NCBI GenBank assembly: GCA_964349125.1 | Contig: CAYGFH010000001.1 | Coordinates: forward strand, 325,408-389,407 | Source of the DNA: an uncultured Gammaproteobacteria bacterium | GTDB lineage: Bacteria; Patescibacteriota; Microgenomatia; UBA10105; UBA927 | DNA: 64,000 nt | Direction of reading: 5' to 3' | In this document: positions 9,387 through 18,184 of the stretch, piece after piece | Layout: each line of letters begins with the position of its first letter | Numbering within the stretch: position 1 is the first letter of the stretch | Program-made: the position numbers and the translations under genes | The notes under the pieces: model-generated | The model's database searches: none | What the model saw: the letters and a program-made list of their open reading frames with translations, nothing else | Told to the model about the DNA's origin: nothing

Positions 9387-10599
9387 CAGGCGTACCTATA
9401 GGCAATTGTTCTATCCAGATTTGACCTCTGGAAAAAACTACTTCTTTTCCTTTTGCGTCTATGAACTTTGTCCTGGCATTTCGTGTTGCCTTAGTCCAAG
9501 TAATTTTTTCAGATTTACCATCCTGAAACAAGATGCCGTCGCCATTGCCGATATTGTTGTATAGCAAATGACCATGATCGTCTACCGGACCTATTTCTTT
9601 TGCGTACAATATCACGATAGACTTTGCGCTCAGCTGTTGCTTTGTTTCCAGATCTGTATGTGGAGACCCTCCGTTAAATCGTTTATACACATTGGTCGCC
9701 TTGTCATAATCCCACCGTACACCATAGTCTTTTTCGTACCCTTTCCACGCGGCAAATGTGATGGATGTTGCTGTTCCACGATCCTCAGCCTTTGGTTCGT
9801 CTTTGAATTTCCAAGGAACAAAATTTTTGTCCCATGACACCCCTTTTTCATCTACGTTTGTCCATCCACGATCTGACTCTGCAAATGCATACAAACCATC
9901 GGTCGTGCATGTCATTGTATGCTCTGTGGCAACTTCACGCCCTAAACGATCAGGGTTTCTCGAGCAGACATAGATCTTTTTTCCGGACTTATCGGTTGTT
10001 TTGAGAGGCAGTCCGAACTGATCCATATCTTTTATTTTATACTGATCGATTTGACAGAGAGCTTTTGCCCGTTCATCTACAGTAACATCACTACAGACAC
10101 CTGCTCCACCAACATGGTTGTACAGAGCATCATACTCAAGCACCCAAGGTAAATAGAATGTACGCGCACTGCGTACAGGCGCCAAAGTTAAGTTTCGACT
10201 TGAGATTCCACAGAAGAAAATCCCCTCAAAACGTGTAATCCCCCCCTCGACAACCGATTCATACACGATATCTGCGAGAGATAAACCTGACTGCGGGCGC
10301 GCTTCAACATGGTTTTCTATCATTGCCGCAATTGGCCTACGAGTATCCCATACGGCTTTTTCCTGTTTTGTATACATGATTCCATTTAACGGACACATTT
10401 CTGTTCGTGGCACAGACGGGTCTATAACAAAATGAGCCTGATTATTGGATCCCGATGTGTTTGTAAGTATGCCACCCGAAGGAAGTACCTTCTTTTCGGT
10501 TTTTGATGCCAAGCTAAACCCTGCGAACGACAAACCGGTGGAGATGAGAAATAAAGCAATTCCGATAATTGTTGTGGTGATGTAGTGTTGTTTATTCAT
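9376..10599 (-). CDS. Secreted/membrane-anchored DUF3048-family protein (YerB-like)
   Basis: Start reassigned to MNKQHYITTT (10599), followed by a TM/signal segment. The family call is from recollection of DUF3048 features (GPVDDHGHLLYNNIGNGDG). Confidence 0.45.
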   Translation of the reverse strand: MNKQHYITTTIIGIALFLISTGLSFAGFSLASKTEKKVLPSGGILTNTSGSNNQAHFVIDPSVPRTEMCPLNGIMYTKQEKAVWDTRRPIAAMIENHVEARPQSGLSLADIVYESVVEGGITRFEGIFFCGISSRNLTLAPVRSARTFYLPWVLEYDALYNHVGGAGVCSDVTVDERAKALCQIDQYKIKDMDQFGLPLKTTDKSGKKIYVCSRNPDRLGREVATEHTMTCTTDGLYAFAESDRGWTNVDEKGVSWDKNFVPWKFKDEPKAEDRGTATSITFAAWKGYEKDYGVRWDYDKATNVYKRFNGGSPHTDLETKQQLSAKSIVILYAKEIGPVDDHGHLLYNNIGNGDGILFQDGKSEKITWTKATRNARTKFIDAKGKEVVFSRGQIWIEQLPIGTPVEY

Positions 10600-10607
10600 A
10601 ATATATA

Positions 10608-11081
10608 TTATTTTATACCAGATTGCGCCTGAGCAATAGCAGAGATTTCTTCTTTGGATAATTCCATGCGTACCCCAGCTGCACCTCGTATTTCTTTTAC
10701 ATACCACCTGTTCCCTGTTCGTGCGTACAGAGATGTCATAACCACACCATTATCCGCATTATCAAGCAATGCCATAGTAAAACTCTGGCTTCCTCCGGTA
10801 TCAGAAAATGGATTGAACCGCACAAGACCAATTTTTTGGATATGAGCCAATGATTCGTTTCTGGTTTCGTTGAGCACTTTTTCCAATTCATCTGTCTTTC
10901 CAATCAGACCTTGTTGCCGCTTCAAAATCTGCTCGAGTATAGCCTTTAACCCACGTACCGATATATCTTTTGTAAGTGTGTTGTAGTGGTATATCATCCG
11001 CAGTAAGAAAAAGCTTATCGCCGATAGCCATACAAACATCAACACAAGCAGAAATACAACAAAACCGGTATTGAACACCAT
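10608..11081 (-). CDS. DUF4446-like membrane-anchored protein
   Basis: N-terminal TM and a conserved VRFNPFSDTGGSQSFTMALLD..GVVMTSLYAR block reminiscent of DUF4446. Abuts the DUF3048 gene. Confidence 0.4.
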   Translation of the reverse strand: MVFNTGFVVFLLVLMFVWLSAISFFLLRMIYHYNTLTKDISVRGLKAILEQILKRQQGLIGKTDELEKVLNETRNESLAHIQKIGLVRFNPFSDTGGSQSFTMALLDNADNGVVMTSLYARTGNRWYVKEIRGAAGVRMELSKEEISAIAQAQSGIK

Positions 11082-11188
11082 TCGTATACATCATACTACG
11101 ATTGAGATATGTATGTTGTCAACAATTGCCGCTTGCCTTGACAAGGCTAAGTTTTCTATGCTACGCTTGAGGCCACGCGAGGCTAACT

Positions 11189-11461
11189 ATGCCAAAAAAA
11201 ACGAGGAAAGATAAAATCATGGCAGAGCGCAGACGACAACGACAGTCTGTGACATCTCCTCAGTCTGCTGCAGTGCAAAATGTATCCCCCACATCTCCCA
11301 CATACACATTCGTAAGCCCGGCGGATAAGAAAATGCAGCAAACTATTGCACAGAGATCGGTTGAACTGGTTACTATACAGCGGGATTTGCTGAAAACAAT
11401 CATATTAGCGACTCTCGCATTTGGTGTGGAACTCTATATTTATTGGCTGCTCCAGAATTAA
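11189..11461 (+). CDS. Hypothetical small protein, basic N-terminus, C-terminal TM helix
   Basis: ORF with a GAGG 7 nt upstream. Product is an Arg/Gln-rich N-terminal region followed by a hydrophobic C-terminal segment. Confidence 0.35.
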   Translation: MPKKTRKDKIMAERRRQRQSVTSPQSAAVQNVSPTSPTYTFVSPADKKMQQTIAQRSVELVTIQRDLLKTIILATLAFGVELYIYWLLQN

Positions 11462-11488
11462 ATTTTTTTGAGAGGAGGTGAAATAACT

Positions 11489-11629
11489 ATGGCAAGTATG
11501 TATTGCGTAAAATGTCGAGCGAAGAGAGAAGATCCGAACGCCGTTAAAGTAACCATGAAAAATGGTAAGCCAGCTATGAAAGGCAAATGCCCAACATGTG
11601 GCACAGGCATGTATAAAATTGGAGGCTAA
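11489..11629 (+). CDS. DUF5679-family zinc-ribbon small protein (46 aa)
   Basis: Below the ORF-track cutoff. Strong RBS (GAGGAGGTG) 6 nt upstream of ATG. Product MASMYCVKCRAKREDPNAVKVTMKNGKPAMKGKCPTCGTGMYKIGG carries CxxC...CxxC. Confidence 0.6.
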   Translation: MASMYCVKCRAKREDPNAVKVTMKNGKPAMKGKCPTCGTGMYKIGG

Positions 11630-11675
11630 CCCCGATTGCGGGACTGCCTTTTTTCGAAGTTCGAAAAATATTTAA

Positions 11676-11699
11676 CCCCGTCGTAAGACGGGGTTTTTG
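11676..11699 (+). terminator. Rho-independent terminator after DUF5679 gene
   Basis: CCCCGTC-GTAA-GACGGGG hairpin followed by TTTTT. Confidence 0.55.
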
Positions 11700-13370
11700 A
11701 TGTATAGTGAATCTATGTTTTTGTTCAGACTTATTAGGAAATATTTCCACATAACACCCTCTACGACAGAAATAATTTATATTGCATCTTGGTATATCTT
11801 TATGATCGTCATATGGACTAAGATGCTGGTATTTGATGGGGAAACATATTGGGCTGGCTGGGGACATTTATGGGCAGACTGGTCTGTACATATAACTTAT
11901 GTTCTTAACATGACTCATAGGCAATTGCTTCTTCCGTTTCATCCATTATGGATTGGAGAACCATTTCGGTATCATTTTGTAGCAGATTTAATATCTGCAG
12001 TATTGCTACGGGCTGGGGTTTCATTTGTTCATGCGCTCATTTTACCGAGTATTGTCTGTTCGTTCGTATTGGTAACCAGTGTCTATATATTTTTTCGAAC
12101 AATTTTTAAAAATTATAAAACAGCGATGGTTTCAACCGCACTTTTTTTATGCAACGGTGGATTGGGTTTCCTTTGGTACATATTTTACATACTAACGAAC
12201 AATCCAATAATATATAGAAATGGTCCCATATTTACTTTTTCACAAATCGACTCAGCAAAAATTGAATTTGCAAATGTGTTAACAAATTATTTTATCCCAC
12301 AGCGCCCATATCTTCTCGGATTTCCTATTTCAATATGCATCATTCTCTATTGTTATCAAATTACCGGAGTTTCAGTGCCAAACAAAATGCGAAAGTTATT
12401 TTTTTTAGGAACACTAACTGGTTTTTTTCCAGTTATTCATCTTTATGCATATTTTGTCATTTTAGGTGTATGCGGATTTCTTATGGTTTGGACTATAACA
12501 TCAAGGAAGTCTAAAATTTCTAACTGGATTTTATTCTTTTTTCCTGCTCTAACGATAGGTTTACCACTCATAATCAATTACTGGGGAACTGAAGGAACAA
12601 ATCATATCCGTTTCGAACCCTTCTGGCCGACAAACGGAAATATTCAATTATGGTTTTATTATTGGACCATTAACGAAGGCTTACTTTTTATTCTAACACC
12701 GATTAGTTGGTATTTTGCCACACGAAGAGAAAAAATATTAAGTATTCCGTTTGCTGCGTTGTTTATTGTATCTAATATTTTTTTATTTCAGCCTTACACT
12801 TGGGATAATGGTAAGTTTATTACATATTCATATTTATGGTCGGCTGGATTAGTTGGTAATTTTTTGGTACAGACGTATGATAAACATAAGAATTGGATAA
12901 TCAGAAAAGCACTCCTAATACTTGTATTTTATTTTGCCATATTCTCTGGAGCAATAGATCTTATAAATCTCACACAATTTGAGCGTCAAAAATTTCGCTT
13001 TTTTTCGTTATCTGACATGAAATTTGGTGAGAAGATCAGAGAAATCGTAAAAAAAGATGATGTATTATTAACTGGACACACATCAAGTCTTGTTTCAATT
13101 CTTACCGGTAGACAATTGTTTATGGGGTTAGATTTCTGGGTTAGTTCATATGGTATAAATACAGCTGATAGAATCATGATAATACGTAACATATATAGCG
13201 GTAGTACAACAGCTAATGGGTTATTAGATACTTACAATATACACTTTTTAGTTCTTTCTCCCAGAGAGAGAGAAATACTTGATGTTAACGATGAATTTAT
13301 TTCAAAACACTTCACACCAGTACTGAAAAAGGATAACACAATTATCTATAAGCGCATTATAACGCAATGA
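11700..13370 (+). CDS. Polytopic membrane protein, putative GT-C-fold glycosyltransferase (PMT/ArnT-like)
   Basis: At least 10 predicted TM helices, aromatic-rich loops, and a soluble C-terminal domain. Start set at ATG 11700 (the track used TTG 11697). Overlaps the next gene by 4 nt. Confidence 0.45.
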   Translation: MYSESMFLFRLIRKYFHITPSTTEIIYIASWYIFMIVIWTKMLVFDGETYWAGWGHLWADWSVHITYVLNMTHRQLLLPFHPLWIGEPFRYHFVADLISAVLLRAGVSFVHALILPSIVCSFVLVTSVYIFFRTIFKNYKTAMVSTALFLCNGGLGFLWYIFYILTNNPIIYRNGPIFTFSQIDSAKIEFANVLTNYFIPQRPYLLGFPISICIILYCYQITGVSVPNKMRKLFFLGTLTGFFPVIHLYAYFVILGVCGFLMVWTITSRKSKISNWILFFFPALTIGLPLIINYWGTEGTNHIRFEPFWPTNGNIQLWFYYWTINEGLLFILTPISWYFATRREKILSIPFAALFIVSNIFLFQPYTWDNGKFITYSYLWSAGLVGNFLVQTYDKHKNWIIRKALLILVFYFAIFSGAIDLINLTQFERQKFRFFSLSDMKFGEKIREIVKKDDVLLTGHTSSLVSILTGRQLFMGLDFWVSSYGINTADRIMIIRNIYSGSTTANGLLDTYNIHFLVLSPREREILDVNDEFISKHFTPVLKKDNTIIYKRIITQ

Positions 13371-14581
13371 AACAAACTATTATCACATTCTCAAAACATG
13401 CAATTATTACACTTATTCTATGCATCGCTATTTTTATATATATTAGCCGAAGCATTTTTAATAATACCGTAGATTTTCAATCAGATGAATTTTATTGGAT
13501 TCAATCAGGAAGAATTCTACCATATATTCTTCAAGGAAGATTTTCATCGCCATACTGGCGTGAACATATGGGATATACAAATTTTAACGGTGCGAAATGG
13601 GTTTACTCAGTGGGGTTAGGATTGTTTGGTCACACATATTTTGAAGAATTAGGCGTTCCACCCGAAACATATTATAAGTGGGGTTCTTTTGATGGATCCC
13701 CGTTTCCATCAAATCATGCTCAATATCAACTATTGAGGCACGGCAGGTTAATTTCTGCTTTTATGGCAACGGTGGCAGTAGGATTACTATTTTTGCTGTC
13801 TTTTAATTTAACAGGTAAAAGATCTATTTCAATTCTCTCTGTCCTATTTTTTGCATCACATCCAATTTTTCAGAAGATAGCTTTGCATGCATATGCTGAC
13901 AGTGTATTCATAGTAGGGGAGCTTTGTTTGTATATTTGCTTATTTTACTTTCTTCACGCGTATTCTATACGAAAAAATATTTATCCATTTGTTCTGCTAG
14001 GTATATTCCTCGGATTTACTATTTCAACCAAAGTGAATGCTTACATGTTTATTCCTCCTGTGTTAGGGCTGATCGTTTATCAGAATTTTAAAAAGCGTCT
14101 ATCAAATTCAGAGTCACTAATACGGTATCTAATAGTCTGTGGCGTATTAATTATAATTTTTTTATTATTAAATCCGAACATATTTTTCTTTAAATCATAT
14201 ACACTTTTACAAATGATTGAAGATAGAATTCAAATTACAAAGCTGCATATGAATTACTTTCATGAAGTAAATCCGAATCATGTGCTTGATACAATACCTC
14301 GTAGAATCCACTCGCTGCTTATACATGTTTTTACAAAACCGATAATCATTGGGTTTTTCTTGACAGCCTTAAGTCTGTTACTTACAAAAAACAGAAGACA
14401 TTATTCTTATATATTTTTGAGGCTTATCGGGCATGCAATTTATATTTTTTTTGCTCTTATTTTATATGTAGTTTTTGATGAGTCCAGATATTTTTTACCA
14501 ATATTACCGTTTATATGCATAGCTGCATCATTATGGGTGGGATCCCTAATTCACACATCTGAAACAACTGGTCGAAACTGA
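13367..14581 (+). CDS. Polytopic membrane protein, putative GT-C-fold glycosyltransferase
   Basis: Multi-TM protein with an acidic DE-containing first loop (QSDEFYW). Translationally coupled to the upstream membrane protein. Confidence 0.45.
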   Translation: MKQTIITFSKHAIITLILCIAIFIYISRSIFNNTVDFQSDEFYWIQSGRILPYILQGRFSSPYWREHMGYTNFNGAKWVYSVGLGLFGHTYFEELGVPPETYYKWGSFDGSPFPSNHAQYQLLRHGRLISAFMATVAVGLLFLLSFNLTGKRSISILSVLFFASHPIFQKIALHAYADSVFIVGELCLYICLFYFLHAYSIRKNIYPFVLLGIFLGFTISTKVNAYMFIPPVLGLIVYQNFKKRLSNSESLIRYLIVCGVLIIIFLLLNPNIFFFKSYTLLQMIEDRIQITKLHMNYFHEVNPNHVLDTIPRRIHSLLIHVFTKPIIIGFFLTALSLLLTKNRRHYSYIFLRLIGHAIYIFFALILYVVFDESRYFLPILPFICIAASLWVGSLIHTSETTGRN

Positions 14582-16089
14582 AGTGCTTCGGCAAGGTGAT
14601 TCACTGAAATATTTTCTTCCAATGCAAGATCCGCAATTGACCTCGCAACTTTTATTACACGGTAATAACTACGGGCTGATAGTTGTAATCTTGTAACAGC
14701 CAGATTCATAAAAGCGGATTCTTCAGATGAAAACGGACAAAATTTTCTCATATGCGCATTATTCATCTCGCTGTTTGACTGAAATGATAGCCCTGCAAAA
14801 CGGTGGAGCTGCCTATTTCTAGCCTGCTGAACGCGATCACGAATTTGCTTTGAGGTTTCTATTTGATCTTCATTCGATAATTTTTCAACAGGTACCTGTG
14901 GGACATGCACATGTAAGTCAATCCTTTCTAATAAAGGACCGGAAATTCTTTTTTGATAACGGATAATTGCGCTTGGCATGCATGTACATTTTTTTGTTTC
15001 ACTTTTATAATACCCGCATGGACACGGATTTGCTGCTGCAATAAGCATGAATTGTGTAGGGTAGGATACTGTTCCCGTAGCTCGCGATATCGTCACAAAG
15101 CCATCTTCGACTGGTTGTCTAAGAGCTTCCAGTATATTCCTGGGAAATTCGGGAAATTCATCCAAGAATAAAATGCCTTTATGGGCTAAAGAAATTTCCC
15201 CAGGTATCGGCCGTGTTCCCCCACCTATCAATCCTATGCGAGAAGTCGTATGGTGCGGTGACCTGAATGGTCTGTGTAACATTATCGTATGGCCAGCGGG
15301 AAGATTTCCTGTAACTGAATATATTTTTGTCACCTCCAACGCTTCACTCTCTGTGAGACGCGGTAAAATCGATGGCATTGTCCTTGCTAACATTGTTTTA
15401 CCTGATCCAGGTGGCCCGTGCAGAAATACATTGTGACCTCCAGCCGCTGCGATTTCCAACGCGCGCTTAACATGCTCCTGACCCCGTACTTCTTTCATAT
15501 CAAAATCAAACACTGTCTCCTCATCAAGGTCGGCAAACTCAACGGTCCTTTGTGGTTTCAACATTTGCGTTTGCGACATATGATGAAACACAGATAAAAG
15601 TGTTTCTACTGCAATAATTGATACTCCCGACACTATAGATGCTTCTTTCGCATCTATAGCTGGGATGTACACATGGGGAATTTTCTGAGTTTTTGCAAAC
15701 ATGACAATTGGCAAAATTCCGTTTGCGTGCCTGACACTGCCATCAAGTGAAAGTTCGCCTATACATATCATTCGGTTTTTTGGCATCGCCAGCTGTCCAG
15801 AAGCAATCAATATACCAAGAGCTATAGGTAAATCATAAAATGGTCCTACTTTTGGAAGATCTGCGGGGGCGAGGTTCACGATTATCCGTTTTGCTGGAAA
15901 TTCTGCTCCTGAGTTTTTTATGGCTGCTCTTACCCGTTCTTTGCTTTCTTCTACCGCTTTATCCGGCAAACCGACAATAGAGAATGAAGGAAGCCCTTTT
16001 GAGGAAATATCAACCTCCACCACTACAAGAACAGCGTCAAGTCCAACGACAGCTCCTGAAAGAATCTTTGCGAGCATGTATAGTAACAA
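14551..16089 (-). CDS. comM: Mg-chelatase-like AAA+ ATPase ComM/YifB
   Basis: N-terminal Lon-protease-like region (SGAVVGLDAVLVVVEVDIS), Walker A (GPPGSGKT), and a C-terminal Mg chelatase region. Confidence 0.85.
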   Translation of the reverse strand: MLLYMLAKILSGAVVGLDAVLVVVEVDISSKGLPSFSIVGLPDKAVEESKERVRAAIKNSGAEFPAKRIIVNLAPADLPKVGPFYDLPIALGILIASGQLAMPKNRMICIGELSLDGSVRHANGILPIVMFAKTQKIPHVYIPAIDAKEASIVSGVSIIAVETLLSVFHHMSQTQMLKPQRTVEFADLDEETVFDFDMKEVRGQEHVKRALEIAAAGGHNVFLHGPPGSGKTMLARTMPSILPRLTESEALEVTKIYSVTGNLPAGHTIMLHRPFRSPHHTTSRIGLIGGGTRPIPGEISLAHKGILFLDEFPEFPRNILEALRQPVEDGFVTISRATGTVSYPTQFMLIAAANPCPCGYYKSETKKCTCMPSAIIRYQKRISGPLLERIDLHVHVPQVPVEKLSNEDQIETSKQIRDRVQQARNRQLHRFAGLSFQSNSEMNNAHMRKFCPFSSEESAFMNLAVTRLQLSARSYYRVIKVARSIADLALEENISVNHLAEALQFRPVVSDV

Positions 16090-16152
16090 TAGAATATATG
16101 TTGCAAAATCTCAAGTAATAGGATCCACATGACCAAAATCATATAAATTGAT

Positions 16153-17709
16153 ATGAAATACTACACGAAGTCATTATCTGGAATTACGTATTTGATCAGA
16201 TCAATCGTATCAAATAATATTTTTCCCATATTATTATGGGTGGCATGTACCATTATACTATCATTTTCACCTTGGGATTATTCTTGGATTCTATATCCTG
16301 TGTGCAATTTTATTTTGATATATCCATATCGGAAAATAATTCGACACTGGATGTTTGAACACCGAATTGTAATCCTGTATCAGATTATTATTTCTATTTT
16401 ATATTTTATATTCCATAGATATCAAATTCTTTCCTTAGAATTATGGAGTGACGAAATATTTTCACTTAAAATCTCCGGAAATGCTTTTCAAGAAATAGCA
16501 AAAAATGCTCTTACCCAAAGCGTGATTCCACCATACCATTACTGGGAATTATGGTTTTGGAAAATACTCGTAGCATCAAATTCCGTCGATCAAATAGAGT
16601 TTTTATATAGAGTTCCATCGATGGTTTACCATACAATAAGCGCGATCATATTTGCTTCATATATATCATCAAAAAGCAGTATTAATTCACGAGTATGGAG
16701 GAATACACTAAACTGCTTAGCTTTCTTAAGTTTTTACTTTAACCCACTGTTATTTCCATTTGCTCTTGAGGTACGACCATATGCTGCGATGGTAATGGGT
16801 AGCGTTATTTCACTTATAGCCCTTGATACTGGTGAGTTTAAGGCAAATCGATACATACCTGTTCAATTAGCGTTATTCAATTTATCATTTTTTTATGCGA
16901 TTTCATGGATACCCATTGGGGTATATTTGTCGATACTAAAAAACAAAAGAATATTTGCGGTATATGTAATTTCACTTGCAATTTTGTATATATCATTTGC
17001 ACCTTATATTCGCATGCCCGACCAGACAACACAAGACGTTGTTCTTTTCGCGATTAATAGATCTATACATACAGTGTTATCTGTTTTTATCTCAAACCAT
17101 TTTTCGCTCGTGATTCTTTTGATATCATGTGTTTATATCCTTCATGCGCGCGCAAAATATTTACTTCTCTTGCAGGTATTTTCGGTTTGGATATTTTCAA
17201 TTATCCTTGGCTATATGATTCAATATTCGGCTTTTGCACCTCGACATCTAATACTCAGTTTTCCAATACTTTTATATTTTCTTTTCTTTCCATTATTTAG
17301 TATGAAAATTCGGAGTTACCAGATATTTCTTATATGTATTGGTATTTTTTTCACGTTGCCGTGGATGCAAAAAACTGAAGCTATGATAAGCAACCGCCAA
17401 TTTGCTCCCAAAATATCAATTGGTATAAAAGATGCTATTTCTAAAGCACAGAAACAACATAAGGGCATTGCACTTGATGTCGTGTCGGTTACGATAAATG
17501 ATCCTTTATATTTTACGTATAAATATATGGAGTATGTGTCACTTTGGTACTTAGCTCAGCACGATATTAATCCACTTATCAGAATGAACGCATCTGAATA
17601 TTGTGTATCAAATGATGCAAAATTGTATTTTTTTATTGGGCTCACATCGCTCCCTTGTAATGAAAAAAATCATTCTGCAAGTATATTACGATTTAAAATT
17701 CAAGAATAA
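16153..17709 (+). CDS. Polytopic membrane protein, putative GT-C-fold glycosyltransferase
   Basis: At least 11 TM helices and an early-loop DE motif (LWSDEIF). Paralog-like to 11700-14581 and 27265-28965. Confidence 0.4.
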   Translation: MKYYTKSLSGITYLIRSIVSNNIFPILLWVACTIILSFSPWDYSWILYPVCNFILIYPYRKIIRHWMFEHRIVILYQIIISILYFIFHRYQILSLELWSDEIFSLKISGNAFQEIAKNALTQSVIPPYHYWELWFWKILVASNSVDQIEFLYRVPSMVYHTISAIIFASYISSKSSINSRVWRNTLNCLAFLSFYFNPLLFPFALEVRPYAAMVMGSVISLIALDTGEFKANRYIPVQLALFNLSFFYAISWIPIGVYLSILKNKRIFAVYVISLAILYISFAPYIRMPDQTTQDVVLFAINRSIHTVLSVFISNHFSLVILLISCVYILHARAKYLLLLQVFSVWIFSIILGYMIQYSAFAPRHLILSFPILLYFLFFPLFSMKIRSYQIFLICIGIFFTLPWMQKTEAMISNRQFAPKISIGIKDAISKAQKQHKGIALDVVSVTINDPLYFTYKYMEYVSLWYLAQHDINPLIRMNASEYCVSNDAKLYFFIGLTSLPCNEKNHSASILRFKIQE

Positions 17710-17737
17710 GCATACGGTCGCTTTTATGGATTGGTGG

Positions 17738-17746
17738 TGTTATAAT
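17738..17746 (+). promoter_or_regulatory. Extended -10 promoter element (TGtTATAAT) for rnpB
   Basis: TGTTATAAT ends 7 nt before the predicted 5' end of the RNase P RNA P1 helix. Confidence 0.4.
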
Positions 17747-17752
17747 TATAGG

Positions 17753-18154
17753 GTACATTGGAATCCGAATTCTCGCTCCGACTAACGTCGTGAGAGGAAA
17801 GTCCAGACAGCTGAATGTGAGGGGATGCGGCGTAAGCCGCGATGGGTAACCACTGGTGTCCCGGTTTTGAAAAGAATCGGGAACGAACTCCGAATTGACG
17901 GGGTACGAGAGCCACAGAGACGATCATGAACCTTGAGCCAGACGGCTTGTGGTATATGGATGAAACGAGGCAATCCCACCCGCTGCAACCGGCGACTGTC
18001 CTGTTGTATTTCGAGCAATCGAAGTACTGAATGTAACATTCCAAAAGGACGAAGCGTACGGGCATCAAGCTTTGCTTGGTATAGTCGAGCCTAGCTCGAC
18101 ATAAGAGAAATGAGAATTTTGAAACAGAATCTGGCTTATGAAATTCCAATGTAC
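17753..18154 (+). ncRNA. rnpB: RNase P RNA (bacterial type)
   Basis: P4 5' strand GAGGAAAGUCCAGAC and P4 3' strand ACAGAAUCUGGCUUA are both present. GGGUAACCACUGG resembles the conserved GGGUAAC(G/C)CCUGG block. There is a 12-bp P1 helix (GTACATTGGAAT / ATTCCAATGTAC). Overlapping ORFs 17724-18149 and 17782-18039 are rejected. Confidence 0.8.
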
Positions 18155-18184
18155 AAAAAATCCCTTACTTTGAGGGATTTTTTG
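18155..18184. terminator. Bidirectional rho-independent terminator (rnpB / AI-2E transporter gene)
   Basis: AAAAAA-TCCCT-TACTTTG-AGGGA-TTTTTT hairpin with an A-tract on one side and a T-tract on the other. Overlaps the stop codon of the minus-strand transporter gene. Confidence 0.55.

Noticed and set aside
17724-18149. 141-aa minus-strand ORF, plus 17782-18039 and 18065-18301 ORFs
   Set aside because: - They lie entirely within the RNase P RNA and its terminator.
- They have no RBS and compositionally odd products.
- They are artefacts of translating a structured RNA gene.
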